A program made the position numbers and the translations under genes. From assembly GCA_965215885.1 (NCBI GenBank), contig CBDCEW010000100.1, forward strand, positions 128,001-192,000: a stretch of DNA of 64,000 nucleotides. The letters run 5' to 3'. How positions within the stretch are numbered: the first letter of the stretch is position 1; every line of letters begins with the position of its first letter. Shown piece after piece: positions 52,761-62,861 of the stretch. This DNA is from Candidatus Moanibacter sp. Its GTDB lineage: Bacteria > Verrucomicrobiota > Verrucomicrobiia > Opitutales > UBA2987. The notes beneath the pieces are model-generated. The model did not search any database and was not told the DNA's origin. It worked only from the letters and a program-made list of their open reading frames with translations.

Positions 52761-54122
52761 ATGAATCGCGGTGAGACAATGACAGGTACGGAATCAGACC
52801 GATCTGACCTCGCTATAAACGGTGGACCAAGAGGCGTTCAATCTGACCCAGGTAATCTCTTTAAATGGCCGATTATTACGCAGGAGGATGAAGAAGCGGT
52901 TCTCGGTGTGCTGAGAGGAGGGGCGGCCATCTCGCGCTGGGACATCAGCGCGAAGTTTGAAGAGGAGTTTTCTCAATGGCAGGGATGCGAATTTGCCATT
53001 ACTTTCCCGAACGGGACGTCCGCGATTCTCGCCGGTTTGTTCGGTTTGAAGATCGGAGTGGGAGATGAGGTTATCTGTCCGAGCATAACGTATTGGGCGA
53101 GCGCCCTGCCTTGTTTTTCACTCGGCGCCACACCTGTCTTCGCGGATATCGATTCCCAAACTCTCTGCCTCAACCCTGAGGATTTTGAGTCTCGAATAAC
53201 CGATAACACGAAAGCAGTAGTGGTGGTCCACTATAGCGGGTATCCAGCGGAGATGGATGCGATCATGGAGATCGCAGAGAGGAGGGAAATTTCGGTGCTT
53301 GAAGATGTGTCTCATGTTCAAGGTGGGATTTACAAAGGGAGTCGTACGGGGTCATTCGGTCGCGTTTCGGCGGCTTCGCTGATGTCGGGTAAATCACTCG
53401 TGGCAGGCGAGGGTGGGGTCGCATGGACCGACGACCAGGAAGTCTATGACCGTATGGTTGCCTGGGGCCACTACACCCGTTTCACGCCGGAGATTAAGAC
53501 CGAGTATCTCAGGAAATATGCGGGTTTGCCTATGGGAGGCATCAAAGGGCGTCTCAATCAGATGTCCTCCGCCTTGGGGCGCGTGCAGTTGAGGCACTAT
53601 GATGAACGTTGCGAAGTGCTACGGAGATCAATAAATCACTTTTGGGATTTGCTCGAAGACGTTCCGGGCGTGAAACCACACCGTGTAGAGAGAGATTCGG
53701 GCAGCAACATGGCGGGATGGTACTCGCCCAAAGGACACTATTGCCCGGAAGAACTGGGAGGTCTCTCCATTACCGGATTTTCCAATGCGGTCTCTGCCGA
53801 GGGTTTTGAAATAAGGCCGGGATGCAATTTGCCTCTTCATTTGCATCCGATTTTTTCCGAGGCTGATATTTACGGTCACGGGGCACCTACCCGCAACGCG
53901 CATTCGAAGCGGGAGATCCGGCAGCCGAGAGGATCTCTTCCTAAGAGCGAAGCTGTGTCAGCACGAGTCTTCGGCTTCGAACGATTTACTCAGTATCGGC
54001 CTGAATTGATCCAAGAATACGCCGGAGCGATACGCAAGGTCTCACGGAACCATGGTGAGCTGCTTGGAGACGATCCAGGGAATCCTCCGGGTTACGGGGA
54101 GTGGAGTTCGTCCTCGCGATAA
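52761..54122 (+). CDS. DegT/DnrJ/EryC1/StrS family PLP aminotransferase
   Basis: NGTSAI, EDVSH and SGKSLVAGEGG motifs. Confidence 0.88.
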   Translation: MNRGETMTGTESDRSDLAINGGPRGVQSDPGNLFKWPIITQEDEEAVLGVLRGGAAISRWDISAKFEEEFSQWQGCEFAITFPNGTSAILAGLFGLKIGVGDEVICPSITYWASALPCFSLGATPVFADIDSQTLCLNPEDFESRITDNTKAVVVVHYSGYPAEMDAIMEIAERREISVLEDVSHVQGGIYKGSRTGSFGRVSAASLMSGKSLVAGEGGVAWTDDQEVYDRMVAWGHYTRFTPEIKTEYLRKYAGLPMGGIKGRLNQMSSALGRVQLRHYDERCEVLRRSINHFWDLLEDVPGVKPHRVERDSGSNMAGWYSPKGHYCPEELGGLSITGFSNAVSAEGFEIRPGCNLPLHLHPIFSEADIYGHGAPTRNAHSKREIRQPRGSLPKSEAVSARVFGFERFTQYRPELIQEYAGAIRKVSRNHGELLGDDPGNPPGYGEWSSSSR

Positions 54123-54191
54123 TGAGAATCAAGCAAAACGATTGCCTGATATGGATTCCCTAACGAAGATTTGAACAAATCAAATAACGAC

Positions 54192-54430
54192 TATCGATCA
54201 CGATTATGATCACGACGGGAAGATCGAAACGGTATTCCTCTACCATCGTGCTTCTCAATCGTGATCTTCAGTCGATTTTCTCTTCTTTCGAATTTGGATG
54301 ACGATTATGATCACGACAGAAGATCGAACGAGTTCTCTCCTCTCCCATCGTGCCTCTCAATCGTGATCTCCCGTCGATTTTTCCTTCTTTCGAAATTAGA
54401 TCACGATTATGATCACGACGGGAGACGAAC
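54192..54430. repeat. 102 bp tandem repeat, ~2.3 copies, with an internal inverted repeat
   Basis: ACGATTATGATCACGAC at 54199, 54301 and 54403; each unit also carries AATCGTGATC. Confidence 0.85.
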
Positions 54431-54453
54431 CGGTGTTCGTGCACAGGGCCCTT

Positions 54454-55215
54454 TTACTGGGCTAGGAAACCTCCGTCCACCGCCATGGCATGTCCGGTCA
54501 CAAACGAAGCGGCATCAGAGCAGAGCCACAGGACGGTCGCGGCGATTTCTTCAGGGGTGCCGAGTCTGCCTAATGGGTACCGTTGAATGACTCCATCCCG
54601 CCTTCGGGGATCGCTCATATACTCTTCAATCAGGGGCGTCTCGGTGTGACCTGGACAGACAGCGTTTACCCTTATGCCATACTGAGCATATTCGAGAGCA
54701 GCGGCTTTAGTCAGGCCCACAACACCGTGTTTGCTGGCGACATAGGGGCTGATCCCGTGTCCCGCTCCGACCATGCCATGAGTTGAAGCGGTATTTACGA
54801 TCGCGCCTTTCCCCTGAACGCGCATTTGCCGAAGTTCGAATTTCATACACAGGAATACACCCTTTAGATTGGTGCTGAGGACCCGTTCCCACTCATCAAT
54901 CGAACAGTCTGCGACGGGAGCATTTTCGCGTGCGAGAATACCGGCATTGTTAAAAGCAAAGTCGAGTCGGTGGTAGACCGAGACGACCTTTTCAATCATT
55001 GATTTAACTTCCTGTGATCGCGACACGTCAGCTTTCAGAAAGATGGCCTCGCCACCATTCTCCCTGATCATCCCCACAGTTTTTTCCCCACCGGAAATCG
55101 CGATATCTACGGCAGCGACCTTCGCGCCCGCTTTGGCAAAGGCCAGGGCCGCAGCCCTGCCGATCCCCGAACTTCCGCCTGTTATAAGAGCGACCTTGCC
55201 TTCGAACCCATCCAT
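54454..55215 (-). CDS. SDR family oxidoreductase
   Basis: TGGSSGIG, NNAG, YVASK and VDGG motifs. Confidence 0.92.
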   Translation of the reverse strand: MDGFEGKVALITGGSSGIGRAAALAFAKAGAKVAAVDIAISGGEKTVGMIRENGGEAIFLKADVSRSQEVKSMIEKVVSVYHRLDFAFNNAGILARENAPVADCSIDEWERVLSTNLKGVFLCMKFELRQMRVQGKGAIVNTASTHGMVGAGHGISPYVASKHGVVGLTKAAALEYAQYGIRVNAVCPGHTETPLIEEYMSDPRRRDGVIQRYPLGRLGTPEEIAATVLWLCSDAASFVTGHAMAVDGGFLAQ

Positions 55216-55647
55216 TCAAGCAAATCGATTGTCTCTCATGGACCACCTGGATGGTTCCAGTGCCTTATTGAGGTATGTAGGCATGAATTGAAGCGTACTT
55301 AATACTGAGAGAATGAAGATGATCATTTTTGTTTTCGGGTAGTCGCTCGAAATTATGAAAATCCCAATTAGCTCAGCAGCCTCGGGAAGGGTAGCGCCTA
55401 TTATAAACAGAATCAACAATGTCTGAATCGATTTTGCTTTTGGTATGAATAGCCATCGTATGCAGGTAGAAATCAGGATGTGTCCAAAGGCGAGCGAGGG
55501 AAAAACGATATTGACGGGCTCTTCAGAATCTTTGCCTTCCAGAATACCTCCACCCAGGGCAAACTGGTAGGCAATAATCGCTGACAACAACGCGAGCCAC
55601 ATTATCCAGAAAACGATGACTTGCTGTTTTGGATTAGTCTCATTCAT
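55216..55647 (-). CDS. Hypothetical 4-TM membrane protein
   Basis: Four hydrophobic segments; AT-richer than its neighbours. Confidence 0.65.
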   Translation of the reverse strand: MNETNPKQQVIVFWIMWLALLSAIIAYQFALGGGILEGKDSEEPVNIVFPSLAFGHILISTCIRWLFIPKAKSIQTLLILFIIGATLPEAAELIGIFIISSDYPKTKMIIFILSVLSTLQFMPTYLNKALEPSRWSMRDNRFA

Positions 55648-55815
55648 TTCTCATAAACGTTGATTCATTCTCAACCGCAAAGCATAGTTTTTTGTAGATA
55701 TCCTGTGCCCCTGGAAGAGGAATGGCAAGGTTCCAAGAATGCTGCCCGACAACGACGGACCCGACCTCTCATCCGCTTCGAATAGCGTAGGAACGGTACT
55801 GCGATTGTGTGTTCA

Positions 55816-57015
55816 TCAAATCGCGTAGTAATTTGCATAAAAGCGTTTACTCTCTACTCTGATCCAATCCATATCCGCTGTTCGTTCGCCAAATCGCGAA
55901 GGTGAAAACATCTGCACACTATCTTCCGTCTGTCCGATGGTTACGTATTCTGTGAGCCACTTTCCGATCGCCGCGGAACCGGCAATCCCGAGGGCCGCGC
56001 AACCTGAGGCGAAAAAGAGATTGGAAACCGCTGGATGGGGGCCGATCACATAAGCTCCGTCCGGTGCGAATGTCGTTATTCCCTGATGTCTTTCCGAAAT
56101 GGGCAGTCCCTGCAGGTCCGGAAAGATCGGAGACAGCCGCCTCGTCGCTTCAGCCATTGTTTCGATTGGCGGTTGGACGTGGTCCGTAGCGAATTCACTC
56201 GGGTACAGATTCAGGTTGACTGTTTTCGGTGAAGATTCGAAGAAGCCATAGAGATAGCCTCCCAGTTCTCGACGTAAATAGCAACTGAGGTCAGTGACGC
56301 GGACGACTGGAAAGTGTTCAGGAATCGTTTTTGAAGGTCTCGTCACGACCCTCTGGTGACGAATCGGTTGTACGGGTAGAGTGCATCCGCACTCTTTTGC
56401 AAGAAGCGCGCTCCAGGGCCCGGCGGTAACAACAACCCGACTTGCATCAAACCGCTTGCCTTGGATTTCGACACCCTGAACTTCATCGCCGACCGTTAAT
56501 ATGTCCGTGACTCGCGCATTCGACACAATATTTACACCGAGATCCGTTGCCGCCGCAGCGTAAGCCTGTGCGCAGATGGAGGGGTCGAGGTAACCATCTC
56601 CCGGGACAAAGTAACCACCCTTAAGCAGAGTAAGATTGATGGATGGGGCGAGTTTCCGGATCTCAGTATCCGTCAGAAAGTTAGCCTCGATGCCTTCGCT
56701 ACATGCCTTTGCAACCTGCTCCTCATAGGATCTCATTCGCTCGTCACTGAGGGCAAGCATGAGGCTACCTGAGCGGTGGAGTCCGGGATCGTGACCAGTT
56801 TCCTCTTTAAAGGCAGACAGTAGATCGAGTGCATAGCGAACGGCTCGCAACATAGTCGGATCGCTTCGAATTTGACCGATGAGGCCTGCCGCACGAGGGG
56901 TGGTTTCGCTCGCGATCTTTGAGTTTCTCTCAAAAACGAAAATTTCCTTCAGACCAGATCTTGCGAGGTGGTAGGCCGTGGACAACCCCCAGATTCCACC
57001 TCCCACGATTGCGCA
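55816..57015 (-). pseudogene. FAD-dependent oxidoreductase (dimethylglycine dehydrogenase N-domain-like), 5'-truncated
   Basis: Begins at CAIVGGGIWG with no upstream in-frame ATG; TAGPWS and TFAPDG motifs. Confidence 0.7.
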
Positions 57016-57430
57016 TACCTGGCAGGCGCTGGAGATATTGAAGGTGTCGCGGATCGATCACGGGATGAACTCCGTCCAGGATCCCTGGCTCGTTCGTGAG
57101 ATCAATCGCCGAGACATAGCTCTTACTGTTTGTCCGCTCGCCTACAAGTGTGGCCACAGTGGCATGTATGAACATGTCATTCAGCAAATGATGGAGAAGG
57201 ACATGCGGGTGACGCTCAATTCGGATGATCCCGCATATATGAATGGATATATCGGGGACGTATTCAATGCTGTGCAGGCGGCGCTGGACCTGAACCCTAC
57301 GCAGATCTACAAGCTCTGCCGTAACGCTTTTGAGGCTGCCTTTCTCTCCGACTCGAAAAAAAGAGAGTATATATCCAAGCTGGATGAGGTGTCGCGCGAA
57401 TGGGAAAATGAGTGTAAGATCCCAAGTTAG
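57014..57430 (+). pseudogene. Adenosine/adenine deaminase, C-terminal fragment
   Basis: WQALEILKVSRIDHG, LTVCPL and TLNSDDPAY; the N-terminal two thirds are missing. Confidence 0.8.
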
Positions 57431-57480
57431 AGCAAAGCTCTTGTATTCCATCTGCTAAGCGGGACCTCATTATCTTCGAT

Positions 57481-57506
57481 CCCCCCCCCCCCCCCCCCCC
57501 CCCCCC
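57481..57506. repeat. Poly-C tract (26 C)
   Basis: Counted directly. Confidence 0.95.
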
Positions 57507-57549
57507 ACGGCTCTTAATGATAATTCGCTATTATTTTTAACTTGGTAAT

Positions 57550-57757
57550 TTCCGGTAGCTTGCTACGGGGTGCTGACTTGACTGTATTGTCATCGTGCGC
57601 GGAGCGCCCGATCCACCAGTAGCAAGGATGCTAGTGGTGGAACGGCCCCTCCGGGGACGTTCGTATCAACTTCGAGTAAAGCATAGGCAAGTTCTGCACA
57701 AATGGCGAAAGAGTTAGATACCCCGTCCGCGGCAAGCCGGGACGGGGAGTGTTCATT
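57550..57757. mobile_element. Short non-coding element bounded by IS200/IS605-like hairpins
   Basis: CCGGTAGCTTGCTACGGGG at the left end and CCCCGTC...GACGGGGAGTGTTCATT at the right end. Confidence 0.45.
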
Positions 57758-57772
57758 GAAAATTAAAAATAA

Positions 57773-59253
57773 GGGTCTACAGCAGAATCTGTGGGTGGGT
57801 AACGTCGCTTACAAGAGGAAATAGAGTCGGTGAGCACAAGGAGAAGTCAGGGCGCTGCCCTGAATCCCGCTCCTCCACAGCCGGAGGGGCTGGTCGGTGT
57901 TTTCTTTGCATATGGGATTGAAAGGTTGAAGCACCGGGCCGTTCCGAGGATGAAAGTAGTACCGAAAATACATCCTGAACACGGAGGACCCAGTGCTCAT
58001 CAAAACGCTACTGAATCGGTGCTATTGGCTCAAGAGCTTTGTTTACGCAAAGGCGAGTATGGAAATGGTGAAATCGGTGGAGGCGATTGTGGTGCAGATT
58101 GAGCCGCGCAAGAATAGTCGGGTGTGCTGTTCGGGGTGTGGCCGGACGGCCAGCGGCTACGACCACATGAGCGAGGCGAGGCATTTTGAATTTGTGCCCT
58201 TGTGGGGGATGAAGGTGTATTTTCGTTACCGCATGCGGCGGGTCAATTGCCGGCGGTGCGGGGTGAAGGTCGAAGAGGTGCCCTGGGCCAAGGGCAAGAG
58301 TCATCTGAGTTGGCCAATGCAATGGTTTCTGGCCCAGTGGGCGAGGCGCTTGAGCTGGGAAGAGACGGCAAGGGTTTTTCGCATTTGGCGCAACGTCTTC
58401 GAGTCGGTCGAGGCGATGGTGCGTTGGGGGCTCAAACGGCGCGATATGAGCGGGATTGAGGCGATCGGAGTCGATGAGGTGCAGTATCATCGAGGCCATC
58501 ACTGTCTCACCGTGGTCTACCAGCTTGACGAGGGGCGGCGTCGGCTATTGGGCGTATTCAATAAGCGCAACGTAAAATCGCTCTTGCGTTTTTTCTGGGA
58601 ATTGGGAGCGCAAAAGAGCAGCCAGATCCTCTACGTCTGCTCGGATCTGTGGAAGCCTTACCTCAAAGTGATCAAGAAAAAGGCACCCCAGGCGCTGCAC
58701 ATCCTCGATCGCTTCCACTTGGTAGCCAACCTGAACAAGGCCCTCAATGAGATTCGTGCTGCGGAAGCCAGGCGATTGCAACGGGACGGCTACATCAACG
58801 TGCTGGTCAAAAGCAAATACTGTTTCTTCGAAAAATCCGCAAAATCTCACCCCCACCCAACAGATTCGCCTCAAGGAGGTGCTCCAATACGATCTGAAGA
58901 GCGTGCGGGCCTATCTACTAAAGGAGAGCTTTCAGCTCTTGTGGCATTATAAAAGTCCCTACTGGGCCCAATGGTATCTGAAAAAATGGTGCACGCGCGC
59001 CATGCGTTCGCGCCTCAAACCGATCAAAAGGTTCGTGCGCTCGGTGCGCAACCACGAGCCGCTCATCCTCAACTGGTTTCGGGCCAAAAAGGCCTTTTCC
59101 TGCGGCATTGTGGAGGGCTTTAACCGCAATATAAATCTCACTATCAGAAAAGCATACGGCTTTAAGAGCTTCGAAGTGCTTAAGATCGCCCTATTTCATA
59201 CCATGGGCGACTTGCCTGAACCCGAAATAACCCACAGATTCTGCTGACGAGGC
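57773..59253 (+). mobile_element. ISL3 family insertion sequence
   Basis: 24 bp IRs sharing CAGCAGAATCTGTGGGT and an 8 bp TSD AAAAATAA. Confidence 0.93.
57993..59247 (+). pseudogene. ISL3 transposase, frameshifted near 58830
   Basis: Zn finger CSGC...CRRC, IGVDE, SDLW, DRFH; the second frame carries VEGFN...RKAYG. Confidence 0.88.
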
Positions 59254-59419
59254 AAAAATAAGGATCGAGCGACAGAAGAGAGCGGGAGACGCACGGCGAT
59301 ATCGCCGTGGCTACGGCGGAACGCATTGGTGCGGTTTGAGGGCGACCCTGAGGAGGGACAACCCACCCCAATCCCCTCCCAGGAGGGGTGCCTGTTCAGC
59401 CTCTTTCCCTTCCATTGCT

Positions 59420-59633
59420 GGCTGCCCCGGTCTTGTGCCGGGGTGTCGCGCGTTTCTTGCTACACATCGGATGCTTCCCCGACGCTCGCCCCCCGCGCCT
59501 TCTCGCCCCAGCGCGGCCGCGCTGGGGCGAGAAGGCGCGGGGGGCGTGAGGTGCCATTGGCTTATTGTAGCTTTAGATCGTGCGACACCCCGGCACAAGA
59601 CCGGGGCAGCTTCAAATCACGTTAAACACGTAC
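59420..59633. repeat. Palindromic MITE/REP-like element, same family as 7099-10318
   Basis: GCTGCCCCGGTCTTGTGCCGGGGTGTCGC / GCGACACCCCGGCACAAGACCGGGGCAGC arms with a perfect GC-rich inner hairpin. Confidence 0.88.
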
Positions 59634-59780
59634 CAGGAGGGGATCTTATCCTGTCGGTATTAAGTCATGAAATTCCCCTCCCTCGGAGGGGTAAGGGGTG
59701 GGTTCTTTCCAAGCCATCATGGGCCTCAATCCGTTTTAAATTGACCGCGGCTTCAGATCTGGTGCTATCGTATTACTCTT

Positions 59781-60722
59781 ATGAGATTATCACATTTTTC
59801 TGATAATTCACGGTCCTGTTTTAGTCCAATTCTAGTATTTCTCCTGATTTTCACCTCAGAAAGGGAAGTTAGGGGAGAAGAGGATGGCGGAGGCGAGAAG
59901 CGGAACGTCCTCGCTGTAATCGGAGGTTCAACCATCGACCGGCGTCGCGAAGGGAGATATTTCATCGACGGTGTAGCCGAGATTGAGAATGAGTTTACTG
60001 TCGAAACAGCGGCTGGAACCAGTCCCCAAATTCTCAAAGTTAAGTATCAAGGGATCTGGTTTTACTATGTAAAGTATCACGGGTATCCCGGTGTCGAGGC
60101 CCAACGATTCACGAGTGGGAAGAACTTTGTCACAATGTTTGCGGCATTCCACAAACTGGGAGTAACCCACATAATTGGGGGTGCGACAAGTGGGGGAATC
60201 CATGCGACCTACCGAAATGGCGATCTCGTAATTGCGGACGATATACTGAATTTCAACTTTGAGCGACCTTCCAGTATCTTGGCGGCGGCCGACATCGAGA
60301 GGCCGGGTGTGCGTGCTCGCTACAACCCGCCGTTCTGCCCGGACATTCGCAAGATCGTCTATGAACTGGCTTCCAAATCCTACGAGGGGCGTGTTCATCC
60401 GCGAGGTACAATCGTTCAAGACGATTCGAGTCGTTACGAAACTCCGGCTGAAATCCGTTTTTATCGGAGCGCGGGCGGCGACATCGTCACTCACAACGTC
60501 GTAACCGAAGCCATTTATGCCAGACAATTGGGTATGCATTTTGCAGTCATCAATTCCATTTCTAATCCGGCAGAGGGAGTGGGGAGTTTTACGCTTCATG
60601 AAGAGATGGGGGTAGGCGACAGGATTGCGGAAGGAGCAATACCAGTAGTGCTTCAAGCGTTACTTATTCTAAGCGACCACGAGCCGAAGTGCGGGATAAA
60701 TTGTACGGGTGAGAGATACTGA
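59781..60722 (+). CDS. MTAP/purine nucleoside phosphorylase family protein with N-terminal hydrophobic leader
   Basis: AVIGGS, YHG, GGATSGGI, PFCP.IR, RYETPAEIR, EAIYARQLG and SNPAEG motifs. Confidence 0.8.
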   Translation: MRLSHFSDNSRSCFSPILVFLLIFTSEREVRGEEDGGGEKRNVLAVIGGSTIDRRREGRYFIDGVAEIENEFTVETAAGTSPQILKVKYQGIWFYYVKYHGYPGVEAQRFTSGKNFVTMFAAFHKLGVTHIIGGATSGGIHATYRNGDLVIADDILNFNFERPSSILAAADIERPGVRARYNPPFCPDIRKIVYELASKSYEGRVHPRGTIVQDDSSRYETPAEIRFYRSAGGDIVTHNVVTEAIYARQLGMHFAVINSISNPAEGVGSFTLHEEMGVGDRIAEGAIPVVLQALLILSDHEPKCGINCTGERY

Positions 60723-61622
60723 ATGCATCTGCGTCGTTTCTTAACAGTCTATTTATTCTTTGGAGTGGTCATTATGAGTGCGGAAGAGATGAACAAAAAT
60801 GCAATAAAGCTTGCGGTTGTCGGAGGTTCGACGATCGACAGGTGGGGACGATTTTTCGCGGAAGGTCGCGGCGATGTTGAGGTGGAGCGCAAATTCACGG
60901 TTGAGACAAATGCGGGCACGAGTCCGGAATTTTACCAGTTGCGCCACAAGGACGTCTCTTTCTACTACGTGAAGTTTCATGGCTATTCCGATGAAGACAC
61001 GAGCGACCGGCTCAGTGGGTCAAATTTTGTCCTCGTGTTTGCCGCTTTGCACCAACTCGGAGTGACACACGTAATCGGAGGAGCGACCGGTGGTGGCATC
61101 CAGCCCACCTACCGAAACGGCGATCTCGTAATCGCCGACGACCTCCTGAATTTCAATTTCGAGCGACCTTCAAGCATCCTGGATGCGGCCGGCATTGAAA
61201 GGCCGGGTGTACGCGCACGATACAATCCGCCATTTTGCCCGGATATTCGAAAGATCCTCTATGAACTCGCTACGAAGAGCTATGAGGGTAGGGTGCATCC
61301 CATTGGGACCGTTGTTCAATCGCAGCCAAACCGCTACGAAACTCCCGCTGAAATTCGGTTTTATCGAAGTATCGGCGGCGATTTCGTAACCCATAACGTC
61401 GCGACCGAGGCGATATACGCCAGGCAGTTGGGTATACATTTTGCAGTAATCAATTCCGTCTCAAACCCGGCCGAGGGGGTTCGACCGTTTACGGTCGATG
61501 AAGAGTTGGATGTCGGAAAGAAGATAGCAGCAGGAGCGATTCCCGTCGTTCTCGAAACACTCGTTCGTTTGAACAACCATGAACCCCAGTGTGGGATTAA
61601 CTGCACGGGGGAGCAGTATTGA
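60723..61622 (+). CDS. MTAP/purine nucleoside phosphorylase family protein, tandem paralog
   Basis: Same motifs as the upstream gene, with a signal-like MHLRRFLTVYLFFGVVIMSA. Confidence 0.8.
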   Translation: MHLRRFLTVYLFFGVVIMSAEEMNKNAIKLAVVGGSTIDRWGRFFAEGRGDVEVERKFTVETNAGTSPEFYQLRHKDVSFYYVKFHGYSDEDTSDRLSGSNFVLVFAALHQLGVTHVIGGATGGGIQPTYRNGDLVIADDLLNFNFERPSSILDAAGIERPGVRARYNPPFCPDIRKILYELATKSYEGRVHPIGTVVQSQPNRYETPAEIRFYRSIGGDFVTHNVATEAIYARQLGIHFAVINSVSNPAEGVRPFTVDEELDVGKKIAAGAIPVVLETLVRLNNHEPQCGINCTGEQY

Positions 61623-61664
61623 GGGGAGAGTGGTTGGCAAGTGTGCAGTAAACAGCTACACTAA

Positions 61665-62774
61665 TCACAGTATCCGCTTCAAAGCATCAAACAGGCGGTC
61701 GACACTTTCTCGGGCTGAATTGCCACCCATGAGACCGACCCGCCACACTTTTCCCGCAAGCTGACCGAGACCTGCGCCGATTTCGATACCATATTCGTTA
61801 AGCAGCAGCGATCGTGTGGCAGCGTCGTCAACACCTTCAGGTATCGTGAAGGTTGTTAATGCGTTTAATCGATCGGCTTCAGGCACGAGAGGTTCCAGCC
61901 CGAGTTCAGCAAATCTTTCAATCAGGTACTGAGCCGTGGCCCTATGCCGTTCCCAACGCGCCTCCAAACCCTCTTCAAGGACTTCAGTGAGGCCCTGGTG
62001 CAGCCCAAAAATCATGCTGATGGGCGCCGTATGATGGTAGACACGCGCCGTCGCGTCCGTGAGATACTTTTGAAGTTCACGCAAGTTAAAGTAGAAGCTG
62101 GGTATATTGGATTTGCGGTTTGCAAGGACCTCTATGGCGCGAGGAGATATTGTAACCGGGGCCAGGCCAGGGGGGCAGGCAAGTCCTTTTTGACTGCATG
62201 AGAACACAAGATCAGCCCCCCAATTGTCGATTTCTACCGGGCAAGTGGCAAGCGTGGTGACGCAATCGACACAGAGGAGGCCTCCGTTTTCGTGGACCAC
62301 CTGTGAAACTCCCTCCATATTCTGGTAAACGCCGGTAGAAGTCTCCCCGTTGACTATTCCGACAACTTTGGGATTAATTTTTCCGATTTTTTGAAAGAAT
62401 TCCTCTCTTTCGATGGAAGTCCCCCAGGCATATTCGTAGCGAGTAGTCTCCGCCCCGATTCGCTCAGCAATACTCGCGAGGCGATCACCGAAAAAGCCGC
62501 CAACTGCGATCACGGCTTTGTCTCTAGGTTCGAGCATATTCACCAGGAGGAGTTCCATTCCGGATGTACCTGTACCGGAGACGGGGAATGTAATTGAATT
62601 TTCCGTTCGGAAAACTTCCCGGAGCATCGATTGGCACGAATCCAGAATCTCGATAAACTCCGGATCCATATGTCCTAACATCGGTCGCCCTAGAGCCTCC
62701 AGAACTCCCGCTGAAGGATTACTGGGTCCGGGACCAAGTAACAGTTTTTCTCTTACTGGTCGAGCGGTCGTCAT
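61665..62774 (-). CDS. Alanine--glyoxylate/serine--pyruvate aminotransferase (class V)
   Basis: LLGPGPS, GTGTSGME, ETSTGV, SQKGL, YHHT and WRVGLMG motifs. Confidence 0.92.
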   Translation of the reverse strand: MTTARPVREKLLLGPGPSNPSAGVLEALGRPMLGHMDPEFIEILDSCQSMLREVFRTENSITFPVSGTGTSGMELLLVNMLEPRDKAVIAVGGFFGDRLASIAERIGAETTRYEYAWGTSIEREEFFQKIGKINPKVVGIVNGETSTGVYQNMEGVSQVVHENGGLLCVDCVTTLATCPVEIDNWGADLVFSCSQKGLACPPGLAPVTISPRAIEVLANRKSNIPSFYFNLRELQKYLTDATARVYHHTAPISMIFGLHQGLTEVLEEGLEARWERHRATAQYLIERFAELGLEPLVPEADRLNALTTFTIPEGVDDAATRSLLLNEYGIEIGAGLGQLAGKVWRVGLMGGNSARESVDRLFDALKRIL

Positions 62775-62861
62775 TTCCCCTATTATTTGAATCAACTCTT
62801 TTCCGAATGGAATGAAACGGTGGCAAATTAACCGGGGCGAGAGTAATTACAAGAAAAGAGT

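Noticed and set aside
54192..54430. CRISPR array
   Set aside because: The spacers resemble each other, the period is 102 bp, there are only ~2.3 units, and no cas genes are present.
58820..58840. Programmed frameshift in the ISL3 transposase
   Set aside because: ISL3 transposases are normally single ORFs and only an A5 run is present; a mutation or sequencing error is more likely.
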